A stretch of DNA of 53,443 nucleotides, from NCBI GenBank assembly GCA_026415985.1, contig JAOAGA010000003.1, positions 1 through 53,443 on the forward strand, in the 5' to 3' direction. Made by a program: the position numbers and the translations under genes. Numbering within the stretch: position 1 is the stretch's first letter; the number at the start of each line of letters is the position of its first letter. Of this stretch, positions 31,093-41,201 are shown piece by piece. Source of the DNA: Pseudomonadota bacterium. GTDB taxonomy: Bacteria; CALINM01. The notes below the pieces were generated by a model, which did not search any database, was not told the DNA's origin, and saw only the letters and a list, made by a program, of their open reading frames with translations.

Positions 31093-32514
31093 ATGAAGAA
31101 GTATCTGATTTTTATTTTGTTGGCAATGTTTACGTTAGTAAGCATTGGCTATTCACAAAGGACCGGAGAGGGGGTGTACAAGGAAGAAGGTGAAAACCCC
31201 CATGAAGGATATGTAAAGAGTTTTGAGGGAACTAAAACCTGTCTTGAATGTCATGAAAAAGAGGCGAAGGACGTTTTTCATAGCACCCATTATCAGTGGA
31301 AGACCGACACATCAGATGTAGTTGGTGGTTCAGGAAAGAAACTTGGCAAAATTAACGTCATCAATGACTTTTGCACGGGACCATGGATTAACTGGATATT
31401 TGATATTAAAAATAAAGGTGGAAAGATAGTTACCAATGGTTGTTCTAAATGTCATGCGGGACTGGGGCTTATGCCCTCTGAGACAATGTCACAGGAACAG
31501 CTGGAAAACATCGATTGTCTTATATGTCACGCCCCCGGTTATAACAGAAAGGTTGTGAATGATAACGGAAAGCTGAGATGGGCACCTGCCGATGAAAAGG
31601 ATGTTTTGTTAGTGAGGGCACAAAATGTTCAGAAACCTAAAAAAGGTATGTGTTTGAGATGCCACGCGGGAGCGGGTGGTGGATTCAATTTTAAAAGGGG
31701 TGATATTGAAGCGGGTATGGTAAAGGCAGATAAAGACTTAGATGTTCATCTGGCAGGTGGGCTAAATTGTGTTGATTGCCACAAGAGTAAAGAACACAGG
31801 ATTTCCGGAAGAGGTGTTGACCTGGCAGGAAGGGACAACAATGAGTTCAGACCTACATGTGATACTAAGGATTGTCATGGTAATAAACCCCATAGTAAGA
31901 ATGTCCTTAACAAACATACCGCTTCTCTTGATTGCACCGTTTGTCATATCCCTGAGTTTGCTAAAAGAGAAAAAACTGATATGGAAAGAAACTGGGCACA
32001 TCTTGAGTATTTAAAAGATGCCGACAAATATGAGCCGGAGATAAAATTTCAGAAGAATGTAATTCCCGTTTATGCCTGGTGGAATGGCAGATCTTTCATA
32101 AATGACCCTGAAAAACCTATTAAAGACACCAAGACAATCTTTAAGATGGCAAAGCCGGATGGGAGTATAAAGGATACAAAATCAAAAATCTATGCCTTTA
32201 AACTTCATAAGGCAAATCTGCCCTATGACACAGAAACAAAAAGATTAATTCCTGTTGCAACCGATATTGCTTTTCTAGAAGGGAATGTAGATAAGGCAAT
32301 AAAGGAAGGTGCAAAAAGGGCCTTTGGAAAGGAACTGCAAAGGTATGATTTTGTTAAAACGGAAAGATATATGGGAATATTCCATGGAGTCTCACCAAAG
32401 GAAAAGGCTCTGAAATGTAATGATTGTCATTCGGAAAAGGGAAGAATCGATTTTAAAGCCTTAGGTTACAAGGGAGACCCGATGAAAGTTGGTGGCAGAT
32501 TTTCTAAGAAGTAG
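31093..32514 (+). CDS. octaheme c-type cytochrome, tetrathionate reductase (OTR)-like
   Basis: Signal peptide; 7 CxxCH (CLECH, CSKCH, CLICH, CLRCH, CVDCH, CTVCH, CNDCH) plus CDTKDCH; GK...INDFC segment and C-terminal FKALGYKGDP as in the OTR family. Confidence 0.8.
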   Translation: MKKYLIFILLAMFTLVSIGYSQRTGEGVYKEEGENPHEGYVKSFEGTKTCLECHEKEAKDVFHSTHYQWKTDTSDVVGGSGKKLGKINVINDFCTGPWINWIFDIKNKGGKIVTNGCSKCHAGLGLMPSETMSQEQLENIDCLICHAPGYNRKVVNDNGKLRWAPADEKDVLLVRAQNVQKPKKGMCLRCHAGAGGGFNFKRGDIEAGMVKADKDLDVHLAGGLNCVDCHKSKEHRISGRGVDLAGRDNNEFRPTCDTKDCHGNKPHSKNVLNKHTASLDCTVCHIPEFAKREKTDMERNWAHLEYLKDADKYEPEIKFQKNVIPVYAWWNGRSFINDPEKPIKDTKTIFKMAKPDGSIKDTKSKIYAFKLHKANLPYDTETKRLIPVATDIAFLEGNVDKAIKEGAKRAFGKELQRYDFVKTERYMGIFHGVSPKEKALKCNDCHSEKGRIDFKALGYKGDPMKVGGRFSKK

Positions 32515-32530
32515 TTATTAGAGTTATCAT

Positions 32531-32588
32531 GTTTTGGGTGTAAGGTTTGAGTAAAGATTAATATGACCTCTGCCAAGCACCCAAAACT
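32531..32588. terminator. stem-loop between the convergent OTR-like gene and rng
   Basis: gttttgggtg ... cacccaaaac inverted repeat followed by tttattttt. Confidence 0.45.
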
Positions 32589-32622
32589 TTATTTTTATAC
32601 TCAGCCAATCATCCCAAGCCTT

Positions 32623-34134
32623 TTAATAAATTATCTGGTAATTATGCCAGGGAAGTTCTTTTGAGACCTCAATTAAGATATCTTTCTTGGTATTTTTCTT
32701 TATTGCGTCTATTATCTTTTTCTCTTCACCGAATAACAGGTCTCCGATTTCTCTTCCGACTCTTACGAGAATTCTCTGGGTGGTAGCTTTTGAGATAGCC
32801 TTGAGGAGCTCTCTGTAAATAGCTAAACAGATTGTCTTTTTAGATAATACAAAGCCTTTGCCTTCACAAAAGGGGCATGTTTCGCCAAGTATCTTAGAGA
32901 GACTGTTTCTCAGTCTCTTTCTTGTAAGCTCTACAAGACCCAAGTCAGACATCGGATTGAGAAAAATTTTTGTTCTGTCTCTGAGACATTCCGATTCAAG
33001 AAGTTTGAATACCTTTTCTTTATTTTTCGGATCTTTCATATCTATAAAGTCAATTATTATTATCCCGCCTATGTTTCTTAGTCTTAACTGATAGGGGATC
33101 TCTTTGGCTGCCTCCAAGTTTGTCTGCAATATGGTGGTTTCTAAGTTATCTTTACCTATAAATCTGCCGGTGTTTACGTCTATTATTGTAAGAGCCTCCG
33201 TCTCATCAATTACTATATAACCACCGGATTTCAGCCATATATATCTTTCAAGGGCCTTTGTAATTTCCAGTTCAATGCCAAACTTTTCGAAGATCGGTGT
33301 CTCATCGGTATAAAGCTCAACATTAATCTGTTCTTCAGGCCAGAACTCCTGAATATAGCTTTTAAGTCTTTCATAGATTTCTTTATTGTCTATGACAATC
33401 TTTCCGATCTCTTCAGATGGTAAGTCCCTTACGAGTCTGAATGGCAACTCTAACTCCTGATATATAATGGCGGGTGCATTATTTTTTGCCCTTTTTTCCT
33501 TTATGTGCTCCCAGAGTCTGAGAAGATAGTTCATATCTCTTTTGAGCTCTGTATCAGATTTCCCCTCAGCTGCAGTCCTTACTATATATCCGGCGGAAGG
33601 GGTTCTAAGCTCTTCTACTATAAATTTAAGCCTTTCACGTTCTTTTTCATCCTGAATTTTGTGTGAGATACCAACATGGTCAGAAAAGGGGAGTAATACA
33701 AGGTATCTGCCGGGCAGGGCGATGTTTGTAGTTACCCGTGCACCCTTTGTGCCAACAGGACATTTTTCCGTCTGAACAAGTATTTCCTGACCTTCCTTAA
33801 TGAGATCCTGAATTTTTGTGGTGATCAGATGAAAACTATCTTTTAGATACCTTTCTTCTTCTTCAGACTCAATTGCGATCTCAAAGGGATCTTCATCTGT
33901 AATTGAATAGGGCTCTAAATCCTTTACATAAAGAAAGGCAGCCTTTTCAACGCCAATATCTATAAATGCCGATTGCATACCGGGAAGAATTCTCAATACT
34001 TTTCCTTTGTATATATTACCTATGTTTTCTTTGGTATTTTCCCGCTCTATAAATATTTCAATAGGGGTTCTGTTGTCTAAAAGAACCGCCCTTGTTTCAA
34101 AGGGTGTTACATTAATCATCAACTCTCTTGCCAA
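32623..34134 (-). CDS. rng: ribonuclease G (RNase E/G family)
   Basis: GNIYKG.V..ILPGMQSAF, IDVNTG, GGIIIIDFIDM, CPFCEG; SD spacing favours the TTG at 34134. Confidence 0.93.
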   Translation of the reverse strand: MARELMINVTPFETRAVLLDNRTPIEIFIERENTKENIGNIYKGKVLRILPGMQSAFIDIGVEKAAFLYVKDLEPYSITDEDPFEIAIESEEEERYLKDSFHLITTKIQDLIKEGQEILVQTEKCPVGTKGARVTTNIALPGRYLVLLPFSDHVGISHKIQDEKERERLKFIVEELRTPSAGYIVRTAAEGKSDTELKRDMNYLLRLWEHIKEKRAKNNAPAIIYQELELPFRLVRDLPSEEIGKIVIDNKEIYERLKSYIQEFWPEEQINVELYTDETPIFEKFGIELEITKALERYIWLKSGGYIVIDETEALTIIDVNTGRFIGKDNLETTILQTNLEAAKEIPYQLRLRNIGGIIIIDFIDMKDPKNKEKVFKLLESECLRDRTKIFLNPMSDLGLVELTRKRLRNSLSKILGETCPFCEGKGFVLSKKTICLAIYRELLKAISKATTQRILVRVGREIGDLLFGEEKKIIDAIKKNTKKDILIEVSKELPWHNYQIIY

Positions 34135-36535
34135 ACCAGCCAATCTCCTTTATAAATACTTTTTCTTTAATTAAATCAAAGTTTGTGACTTCTTCTCCCG
34201 CTACCTTCCGGGCATATTCAAGAGGTTTCAACCCACCTGCTGTAACTTTAAGTTTAAATCTAAAGGCGTTATCGAGCTTTTCCAAATCTGTGACAAACTC
34301 ACTTCGTAAAAAAACCTTCTCGCTATCCTTTCTTTTTACCATAATTTTATCCTCTATGTCAAAAAGATAGGGTTTTTTGCAATAGATCTGGAAGCATTCC
34401 GAAAGTACATCAAGGGATTTATCGGTTTCTGTTTCAACAATATCAATTAAGTTTATGCCATCAATAATCTTTGATTTAAGTATCTCTAAATTTTTATCAT
34501 TTATCGGACGTTCTGTTTCAATCTTTATTGCTTCGCAGTAACTTTCAATTCCCAAAGGTAGGGCCCAGCCGGTATCTATTTTTGGCTGGGGGTTAAAACC
34601 TTTTGTATAGGCCAATTTAAAGTCTGATAGTCTCAAAAGTCTGTGCCAAAGTCTCATAATATCAAGATTACCAAGAAATACGGCATCATCTACCTTAGTA
34701 TAGATAATAAGATATTTTTTTATAACCGAAGGGTTTTTATCCTCTGATTGAAGCTTAATTTCGGTTCCTGATGAGAGTATATTTTTTACTTCCTTAAAAT
34801 CACAGACACCACAGTTGTTACATATTCCTGATCTGCAATCTTCGGTTATCTCTCCCTGTTTAAATTTATCGTACTCTCTTAGTAAAAATTCCTTTGTTAT
34901 ACCCGTATCAATAAACTCCCATGGCAGGTCAGTGTTTATTGGTTTTTCCTTAAGATAATTTTCATACTCCATATCAAGAGAGTTAAAGGCATTTTGCCAT
35001 ATTGCAAAATTAAACCTTTCATCCCAGGCATCAAGAATTGATCCCTTCTTGTAGGCATTATAAATAACCTCGTTCAAGTTTGCATCTCCCCTTGATATTA
35101 TTCCTTCAAGAATGCTCATATAGGGATTGTGAAGTTTAAGAAAGATCTTTTTTTCTTTGAAAAAGAGGTCTTTCAGTATCTTTTGTTTATCCAATATCTC
35201 GTTTAACCCGTTCATTCTTTCCCATTGAAGAGGTGTATGGGGTTTGGGAACAAAGGTAGAAAAAGACAGTGTAATATTTGCCTTATGGGTTTTGACCTTA
35301 ATTAAGATATCTTTTAAAAACCTCTTTAAATCATAAATTTCGTTTATGTTTTCATCGGGTATGCCTATCATAAAATAAAGCTTGATATTAAGCCAGCCCT
35401 CTTCCAGTGCGGTTAATATATCGCTTTCTAATTTTGAAAAATCGATATTTTTGTTAATCTTTTTTTGCATTGAGAAAAAACTTTCCGGTGCTATTGTAAA
35501 TCCTGTCTTTCTTATCTCTTTTATCTTCTCGGCAATTGTGTTTTTAACACTGCCTACCCTTAGAGAAGGTAATGATATAGAGGCCTTCTTTTGGATACTT
35601 AAGTGATAGAGACAGTGAAACAGCTCAGAAAAGCAGGAATAATCAGATGTGCTTAGTGATGAAGGAGAAAACTCGTCAAAACCTGTATCTTCAATACCTT
35701 TTTTGAAATAATTATAAATTGAGTCGAGATTTCGTTCTCTGTAGGGTCTTTGAGTATATCCTGCAAAGCAAAATCTGCAACCTCTTAAACACCCCCTTGC
35801 TATCTCTATGGAAAACCTGTTGAAAGTAGTCTCTACTATGGGGACTAAGTTTGCAGAAGGTTCATATTTATTAAGGTCCTTCACTATCAACTTTTTAATT
35901 TTATCTTTCTTTGTATTATGGATTGAAGGAACGTAGATACCATCGGTTTTACTGATCTCTGACAAAAATTTCTCCCTGTTGAAACCAGCAGATAAGAGTA
36001 TTTCAGTAATTTTATCGAGAATATCTTCACCATCACCGATTACAAACAGATCAAAGAAATCTTTAAAGGGCAGGGGGTTGAAGGCTAAGGCCCCTCCTCC
36101 TATTATAAGGGGCATTTTAGCTCTTTCTCTGGCATACAAGCTTATCTGAGATAACTCAAAAAATTTAAGAATGTTTGTCAGGGTAAGCTCATAGGGTAAG
36201 GTTATACCCAGTATGTGAAAGTCAAGGGGCGCCTTCCTGTTTTCCATTGAAAGAGGTGGAATTTTTTCCTGCTCCATAATCTTTACAGCATCTTCGGCTG
36301 GGAAATAAAACCTTTCACAGAGGGAAAGAGGGTTTTTATTAATGATATTATATAAGACGCTGATTCCTAAGTTTGAGGCACCGATTTCGTATAGATCCGG
36401 AAAAAGCAACCCCCACTTAACCTTTATCTTGCTCCAGTCTTTCCTTATAAGATTAAGCTCAGCGCCTATGTATCTTGCTGGTTTCTGACATTTTTTTAAA
36501 ACCTTTTCTTTGAATATATCATAGTGATTAACCAT
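34112..36535 (-). CDS. TIGR03960-type radical SAM protein fused to a TIGR03936/DUF2344 radical SAM-linked domain
   Basis: KPARYIGAE, FPDLYEIG, RGCLRGCRFC, FVPKPHTP; DCRSGICNNCGVC; YTKGFNPQPKI; upstream of rng. Confidence 0.88.
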   Translation of the reverse strand: MVNHYDIFKEKVLKKCQKPARYIGAELNLIRKDWSKIKVKWGLLFPDLYEIGASNLGISVLYNIINKNPLSLCERFYFPAEDAVKIMEQEKIPPLSMENRKAPLDFHILGITLPYELTLTNILKFFELSQISLYARERAKMPLIIGGGALAFNPLPFKDFFDLFVIGDGEDILDKITEILLSAGFNREKFLSEISKTDGIYVPSIHNTKKDKIKKLIVKDLNKYEPSANLVPIVETTFNRFSIEIARGCLRGCRFCFAGYTQRPYRERNLDSIYNYFKKGIEDTGFDEFSPSSLSTSDYSCFSELFHCLYHLSIQKKASISLPSLRVGSVKNTIAEKIKEIRKTGFTIAPESFFSMQKKINKNIDFSKLESDILTALEEGWLNIKLYFMIGIPDENINEIYDLKRFLKDILIKVKTHKANITLSFSTFVPKPHTPLQWERMNGLNEILDKQKILKDLFFKEKKIFLKLHNPYMSILEGIISRGDANLNEVIYNAYKKGSILDAWDERFNFAIWQNAFNSLDMEYENYLKEKPINTDLPWEFIDTGITKEFLLREYDKFKQGEITEDCRSGICNNCGVCDFKEVKNILSSGTEIKLQSEDKNPSVIKKYLIIYTKVDDAVFLGNLDIMRLWHRLLRLSDFKLAYTKGFNPQPKIDTGWALPLGIESYCEAIKIETERPINDKNLEILKSKIIDGINLIDIVETETDKSLDVLSECFQIYCKKPYLFDIEDKIMVKRKDSEKVFLRSEFVTDLEKLDNAFRFKLKVTAGGLKPLEYARKVAGEEVTNFDLIKEKVFIKEIGWFGKRVDD

Positions 36536-37307
36536 TATCTTTTTGCTCACTCAGATTATTCCAGTTTGTAAGACAGGCAGAGACCTCTTCTTCGTTATGC
36601 ATCTCCATGGTAATCCATTTGATATTCTTATCCGGTAAGTTGGAAACAAAAAATCTGAAAGGGAAGGTACCTCTCCCAACGGGGATATGATCGTCTTTGA
36701 AACCAAAATTATCATGTATATGAAGGGAAAAAAAATATTTACCCATCTCTTCCAACCAGCTTTTTAGAGATGTTCTTGAAAAGATGTTGAAATGTCCGGT
36801 ATCAAAACAATGGCCTAAGTAGGGGGAAGAAAAATGTTCAAGCAGTTTTTTCAGATTTTCGTAACTTTCTTCAAAGATGTTTTCTACCGCAAGGTATATC
36901 TTTAATTGTTCAGCCTTTTTTAATAGGGGTTCGATATTTTTGGTGATATTTTTAAACCAGCTACCTTGATCATCTAAATATCTGAAGGGGTCGTAACCCG
37001 GATGGATTACAACACCAACCGCATTGAGTATTTTAGCAAAATCAAGCGTTTTCAGCATTCTTGATATAACAATTTTTGATATCTCTTCATCCTTTGCAGA
37101 AAGGTTTATATCAAGAAAGGGTGAATGGATAGAAGGAATAAGGTTTTTTTCTTTTAATTTCTGAGAAATCTCTTCTAACTCTCTGTAATCAAAGTTTTCA
37201 AAATCACCACCTTCAAAATAAAACTCAGGCTGAAGATTAAGCTGTATAAGTTTTGTTAAGTATTTTCTTCTCGATTTGTAAGGTAGGTGAACATTAACTT
37301 TTACCAT
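36528..37307 (-). CDS. sugar phosphate isomerase/epimerase (xylose isomerase-like TIM barrel)
   Basis: HSPFLD, HPG, AVENIFE, CFDTGH, HIHDN..DDH. Confidence 0.85.
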   Translation of the reverse strand: MVKVNVHLPYKSRRKYLTKLIQLNLQPEFYFEGGDFENFDYRELEEISQKLKEKNLIPSIHSPFLDINLSAKDEEISKIVISRMLKTLDFAKILNAVGVVIHPGYDPFRYLDDQGSWFKNITKNIEPLLKKAEQLKIYLAVENIFEESYENLKKLLEHFSSPYLGHCFDTGHFNIFSRTSLKSWLEEMGKYFFSLHIHDNFGFKDDHIPVGRGTFPFRFFVSNLPDKNIKWITMEMHNEEEVSACLTNWNNLSEQKDNG

Positions 37308-38319
37308 ATGCCATATCCTCCAGTGTGGTTAGATGTTCCTCACTCCCTAAGGCTATAAAGACATCTCCTGCATCAATTTTATATTTTGGTTTGGGGTTAA
37401 ACTCCATAGTTCCATCGGATTTTTTTATTGCTATAATTATTGAACCAGTTATCTCTCTAATCTGGCTTTCCATAAGGGTTTTGCCCACCAGCTTTGAGTT
37501 TTGTGATATCAGTATCTCTTCCATCTTGAGAACACCTTTATGTGCCTTTCCTCCAACCGCTATTTCTATAAAATCAAGGACACTTGGCTTTAATACCGCT
37601 AAAGCCATTCTCTCACCACCAATTATGTAGGGGGAAATAACCTTGTCCGCTCCTGCCTTATACATCTTTTGTTCGGAAGACTCCTCTGCAGCCCGTGCAA
37701 TAATATATAATTTTGGGTTTAGTTGCCTTGCAGTTAAAACTATATAAACGTTGTCAGCATCAGAAGAAACAACGCTTATAAGACCCTTTGCGCGTTCCAC
37801 TCCCGCAAAGGTTAACACCTCTTCTCTTGATGAGTCGTCAAGAATATATAGATAATCCTCGTTTTCCAAATGGGTTTCTAATGCAGGGTTTTTATCAATA
37901 ACAACAAACGGTATCTTTTCTTCTTTCAACTTTTTGCATATATAACTGCCCATTCTGCCATATCCACATACAATATAGTGGTCTTTAAGCTTTTCCAACA
38001 TTTTTTTCTTCCTCCTAAAAATCCATACCTGCTTTAACTCCCCCTCAACTATAATCGATGTGATTACTGAATATCCGTAGGCAACTGTAGAAACGCCGAA
38101 CAGTATAAGAAAGGAGTTAAAAATCTTGCCGTAGCTTGAAAGTTCCTTTATCTCTCTGTATCCAACCGTAGATATAGTTATAACGGTCATATAGAAGCTG
38201 TCCAGGAGAGCCATATCTTCAAGAAAATGAAAACCAAAGGTTCCAAGTAAGAAGATACTTAATATAATTATTACTACAATCTGTAATTTTTTGATTATAA
38301 AGGCATATTCTTTTGTCAT
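37294..38319 (-). CDS. two-TM potassium channel with RCK (TrkA-N/TrkA-C) domains
   Basis: YMTVITISTVGYRE pore, VCGYGRMG Rossmann motif, TrkA-C tail. Confidence 0.88.
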   Translation of the reverse strand: MTKEYAFIIKKLQIVVIIILSIFLLGTFGFHFLEDMALLDSFYMTVITISTVGYREIKELSSYGKIFNSFLILFGVSTVAYGYSVITSIIVEGELKQVWIFRRKKKMLEKLKDHYIVCGYGRMGSYICKKLKEEKIPFVVIDKNPALETHLENEDYLYILDDSSREEVLTFAGVERAKGLISVVSSDADNVYIVLTARQLNPKLYIIARAAEESSEQKMYKAGADKVISPYIIGGERMALAVLKPSVLDFIEIAVGGKAHKGVLKMEEILISQNSKLVGKTLMESQIREITGSIIIAIKKSDGTMEFNPKPKYKIDAGDVFIALGSEEHLTTLEDMAYGKS

Positions 38320-38414
38320 TGTTAATCATTTATTTTATACTATAAGGAGATATTAGGCAATAGAACTGACAAAATCTTTAAAAATATAATGAGGAGCTGT
38401 GAAGGTTAATTAAA

Positions 38415-38957
38415 ATGAGAGTTATTTCTGGTAGCTTAAAAGGAAGAATATTAAAGAGTCCCGAAGGTATCAGACCTTTGACAGATATGATAAAAGAGGC
38501 TATATTTAATATTCTTCAATTTGAGAATTGGGAATACCTGAGTGTTCTTGATTTATTTGCAGGCTCGGGAAACTTTGGAATTGAGGCATTAAGCAGAGGG
38601 GCGAAATCGGTGATGTTTGTTGATAAAAACCCGGTGAGCAGAATATTTATTGAAAAAAACATTAATGACGGAAGCTACGATTATAAAATTTTAACAGGTG
38701 ATGTCTTCAGCATAATAAAAAAACTTTTCAAAAAAAACTTAAAATTTAATATAATTTTTGCAGATCCTCCATTTGATTTGTTTTTAGGTAATAAGATTTT
38801 GAAAGAGTTATCATTAAATAACCTGCTTGAAGAGAAAGGAATGATAATTTTAAGGGTCAGAGATAAGGAAAATATTGATTTCCCAGAGGGGTTTGAGATA
38901 GACAAGAGAGTATATGGTGATTCAGTTATATATTTTTTAAGAAAGGTAAGTAGATGA
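38415..38957 (+). CDS. rsmD: 16S rRNA m2G966 methyltransferase
   Basis: MRVISG, LDLFAGSG, EALSRGA, DPPF, YGDS. Confidence 0.93.
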   Translation: MRVISGSLKGRILKSPEGIRPLTDMIKEAIFNILQFENWEYLSVLDLFAGSGNFGIEALSRGAKSVMFVDKNPVSRIFIEKNINDGSYDYKILTGDVFSIIKKLFKKNLKFNIIFADPPFDLFLGNKILKELSLNNLLEEKGMIILRVRDKENIDFPEGFEIDKRVYGDSVIYFLRKVSR

Positions 38958-39394
38958 AAAAAGTACTTTTGTCTATATTAGTTATCATTTTTTTAATTCC
39001 AGACTTATCTCACTCAAAAAAACCAGAAGCAGATATCTCTGCAAAAGCCCAGAAGTTTTATGATGACTTTATGGATATGGCAAGTTATGGCAGGAAGAGA
39101 GATTTTTATGATAATTATATCGATTTCAGAGAGTTGACCTTTGATGAGTTTTCAAAGATAATAGACGAATCGGACATAAAGATAGAAGGTTCCTATAAAT
39201 CAAAACTTATCTCATGGGAAGCCAAAGGCAATGAGGTTGAGGTATTTCTTAAGTTAGCAGTAAAAAGGCTGAAAAGGCCGGAAAACTATGAAAAAAATAT
39301 AAAGATTGTTCTAAAAAAGAAAGATGATTCCTTAATCCTTTCGAAAAAAGAGCTGTTAAAAATTTATACCGGAAAAAGGAGCAAGAAAAGATGA
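38954..39394 (+). CDS. hypothetical exported protein
   Basis: 146-aa ORF with a signal-peptide-like N-terminus; ATGA-coupled to both rsmD and coaD. Confidence 0.75.
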   Translation: MKKVLLSILVIIFLIPDLSHSKKPEADISAKAQKFYDDFMDMASYGRKRDFYDNYIDFRELTFDEFSKIIDESDIKIEGSYKSKLISWEAKGNEVEVFLKLAVKRLKRPENYEKNIKIVLKKKDDSLILSKKELLKIYTGKRSKKR

Positions 39395-39894
39395 TTGCCA
39401 TATACCCGGGGTCTTTTGATCCAATTACAAATGGTCATTATGATATTATTGAAAGGAGTTGTAAGATCTTTGATAAGGTTATAGTAGGGGTGGCCTATAA
39501 CTCAGAGAAATCGGGCCTTTTCACTCCTCAGGAAAGGGTGGAGATAATAAAGGAAGTCTTTAAAGGTAATGACAAGATTGAGGTTGATAGGTTTAACGGG
39601 CTCCTTGTTAATTATGTTAAGGAGAGAAATATTAAGGTTATAATAAGAGGGCTTAGAGCGGTTTCTGACTTTGAGTATGAGTTTCAGATGGCTTTGATGA
39701 ATAAAAAGCTATGGGGAGATGTTGAGACCGTCTTTATGATGAGCTCCGAAAATTATATGTATGTTAGCTCAAGAATCGTTAAAGAAATCTTTAGTTTAGG
39801 TGGTTGTATTAAGGATCTTGTTCCTGAGATTGTAAGGGTACACTTAGAAAGAAAGTTAAGAGAGATAAAAAACAAACAGGAAGGAAGGTTATGA
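39391..39894 (+). CDS. coaD: phosphopantetheine adenylyltransferase
   Basis: [32 protein letters not shown]. Confidence 0.97.
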   Translation: MIAIYPGSFDPITNGHYDIIERSCKIFDKVIVGVAYNSEKSGLFTPQERVEIIKEVFKGNDKIEVDRFNGLLVNYVKERNIKVIIRGLRAVSDFEYEFQMALMNKKLWGDVETVFMMSSENYMYVSSRIVKEIFSLGGCIKDLVPEIVRVHLERKLREIKNKQEGRL

Positions 39895-41096
39895 AAAATA
39901 TTTTCGCAAAAAGAGTATCAAAGCTCAATCCGTCTCCTACCCTTGCCTTAGACGCAAAAATTAAAGATATGATTAAAAATGGTATTGAAGTCATCAGTTT
40001 TGGAGTTGGAGAACCAGACTTTGATACCCCTCAGTATATAAAAGAGGCAGGAAAGAAGGCTATAGACGAAGGATTAACGAAATATACACCTGCAGGCGGG
40101 ACAGAAAGTCTTAAAAGGGCAGTTTGTATGTGGTATAAAAGGGAGTATGGGGTAGATATTAACCCATCAATGGTTGTGGTATCAAACGGAGCCAAACACT
40201 CTCTTTTTAATATCGCCCTTGCATTAATTGATCGAGGCGATGAGGTTATTATTCCTTCCCCCTACTGGGTATCTTATCCCGAACAGGTTTCTCTTGTTGG
40301 TGGCAAGCCCGTTTTTATCAAGACAACTATAGATGACAACTTTAAGGTAACACCAAAAAAACTGAAGGAAAGTATAACCGATAAGACAAAGGCTATAATA
40401 ATCAGTTCACCTTCAAATCCTACCGGTGCGGTTTATTTTAAAGAGGAGCTCTCAGAAATACTTAAGATAGCAAAGAAATATAATTTTTATCTTATCTTTG
40501 ACGAGATTTATGACAAGCTTGTTTATGATGAAAAATTTTATTCAATACTTGAGCTTATTAAAGACGATAAAAATTTAAAAGACAGGGTAATAGTAGTTAA
40601 TGGTGTTTCAAAAAGCTATGCTATGACAGGTTGGAGAATTGGCTATACCATCTCTAATGATAAGTTAGCAAAGGTTATGAATGATATTCAAAGTCAGACC
40701 ACTTCAAACCCGTCATCGATCTCTCAGAGGGCTGCAGAAATTGCTCTGACCGAGAAGACCGATGATTTGAAAAAAATGGTATCAGAGTTTAAGAAAAGAA
40801 GAGATTTAATCTTTAAACTTATCTCTGATATCCCCGATGTGAGGGTCCATAAACCTGAGGGGAGTTTTTATATATTTCCGGACTTTTCTAAATATTTAGG
40901 AAGAAAAGATGGTAAAAAAGTAATTAAAACTACTCTTGATCTTGCCGATTATCTCCTGCAGAATGCCAAATCAGGAGTTGTCCCCGGTGAAGCCTTCGGT
41001 GCCCCCGGCTATCTTAGGTTTTCCTTTGCAAACTCAAGTGATAAGATTAAGAAAGGAATAGGAAATATTAAAGAGGCGTTACTCAGGCTTTTGTAA
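39891..41096 (+). CDS. aspC: aspartate aminotransferase family (class I PLP)
   Basis: [36 protein letters not shown]. Confidence 0.85.
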   Translation: MKNIFAKRVSKLNPSPTLALDAKIKDMIKNGIEVISFGVGEPDFDTPQYIKEAGKKAIDEGLTKYTPAGGTESLKRAVCMWYKREYGVDINPSMVVVSNGAKHSLFNIALALIDRGDEVIIPSPYWVSYPEQVSLVGGKPVFIKTTIDDNFKVTPKKLKESITDKTKAIIISSPSNPTGAVYFKEELSEILKIAKKYNFYLIFDEIYDKLVYDEKFYSILELIKDDKNLKDRVIVVNGVSKSYAMTGWRIGYTISNDKLAKVMNDIQSQTTSNPSSISQRAAEIALTEKTDDLKKMVSEFKKRRDLIFKLISDIPDVRVHKPEGSFYIFPDFSKYLGRKDGKKVIKTTLDLADYLLQNAKSGVVPGEAFGAPGYLRFSFANSSDKIKKGIGNIKEALLRLL

Positions 41097-41201
41097 AAAG
41101 ATTTCTCCTTATTTTCATCGTATCTCCGGGAGTAATTACATTTGTATTTTTTGTTATCCTCTGTTTAAATTTAAATAGGATAAAAAAACAGGAGGTGACA
41201 A

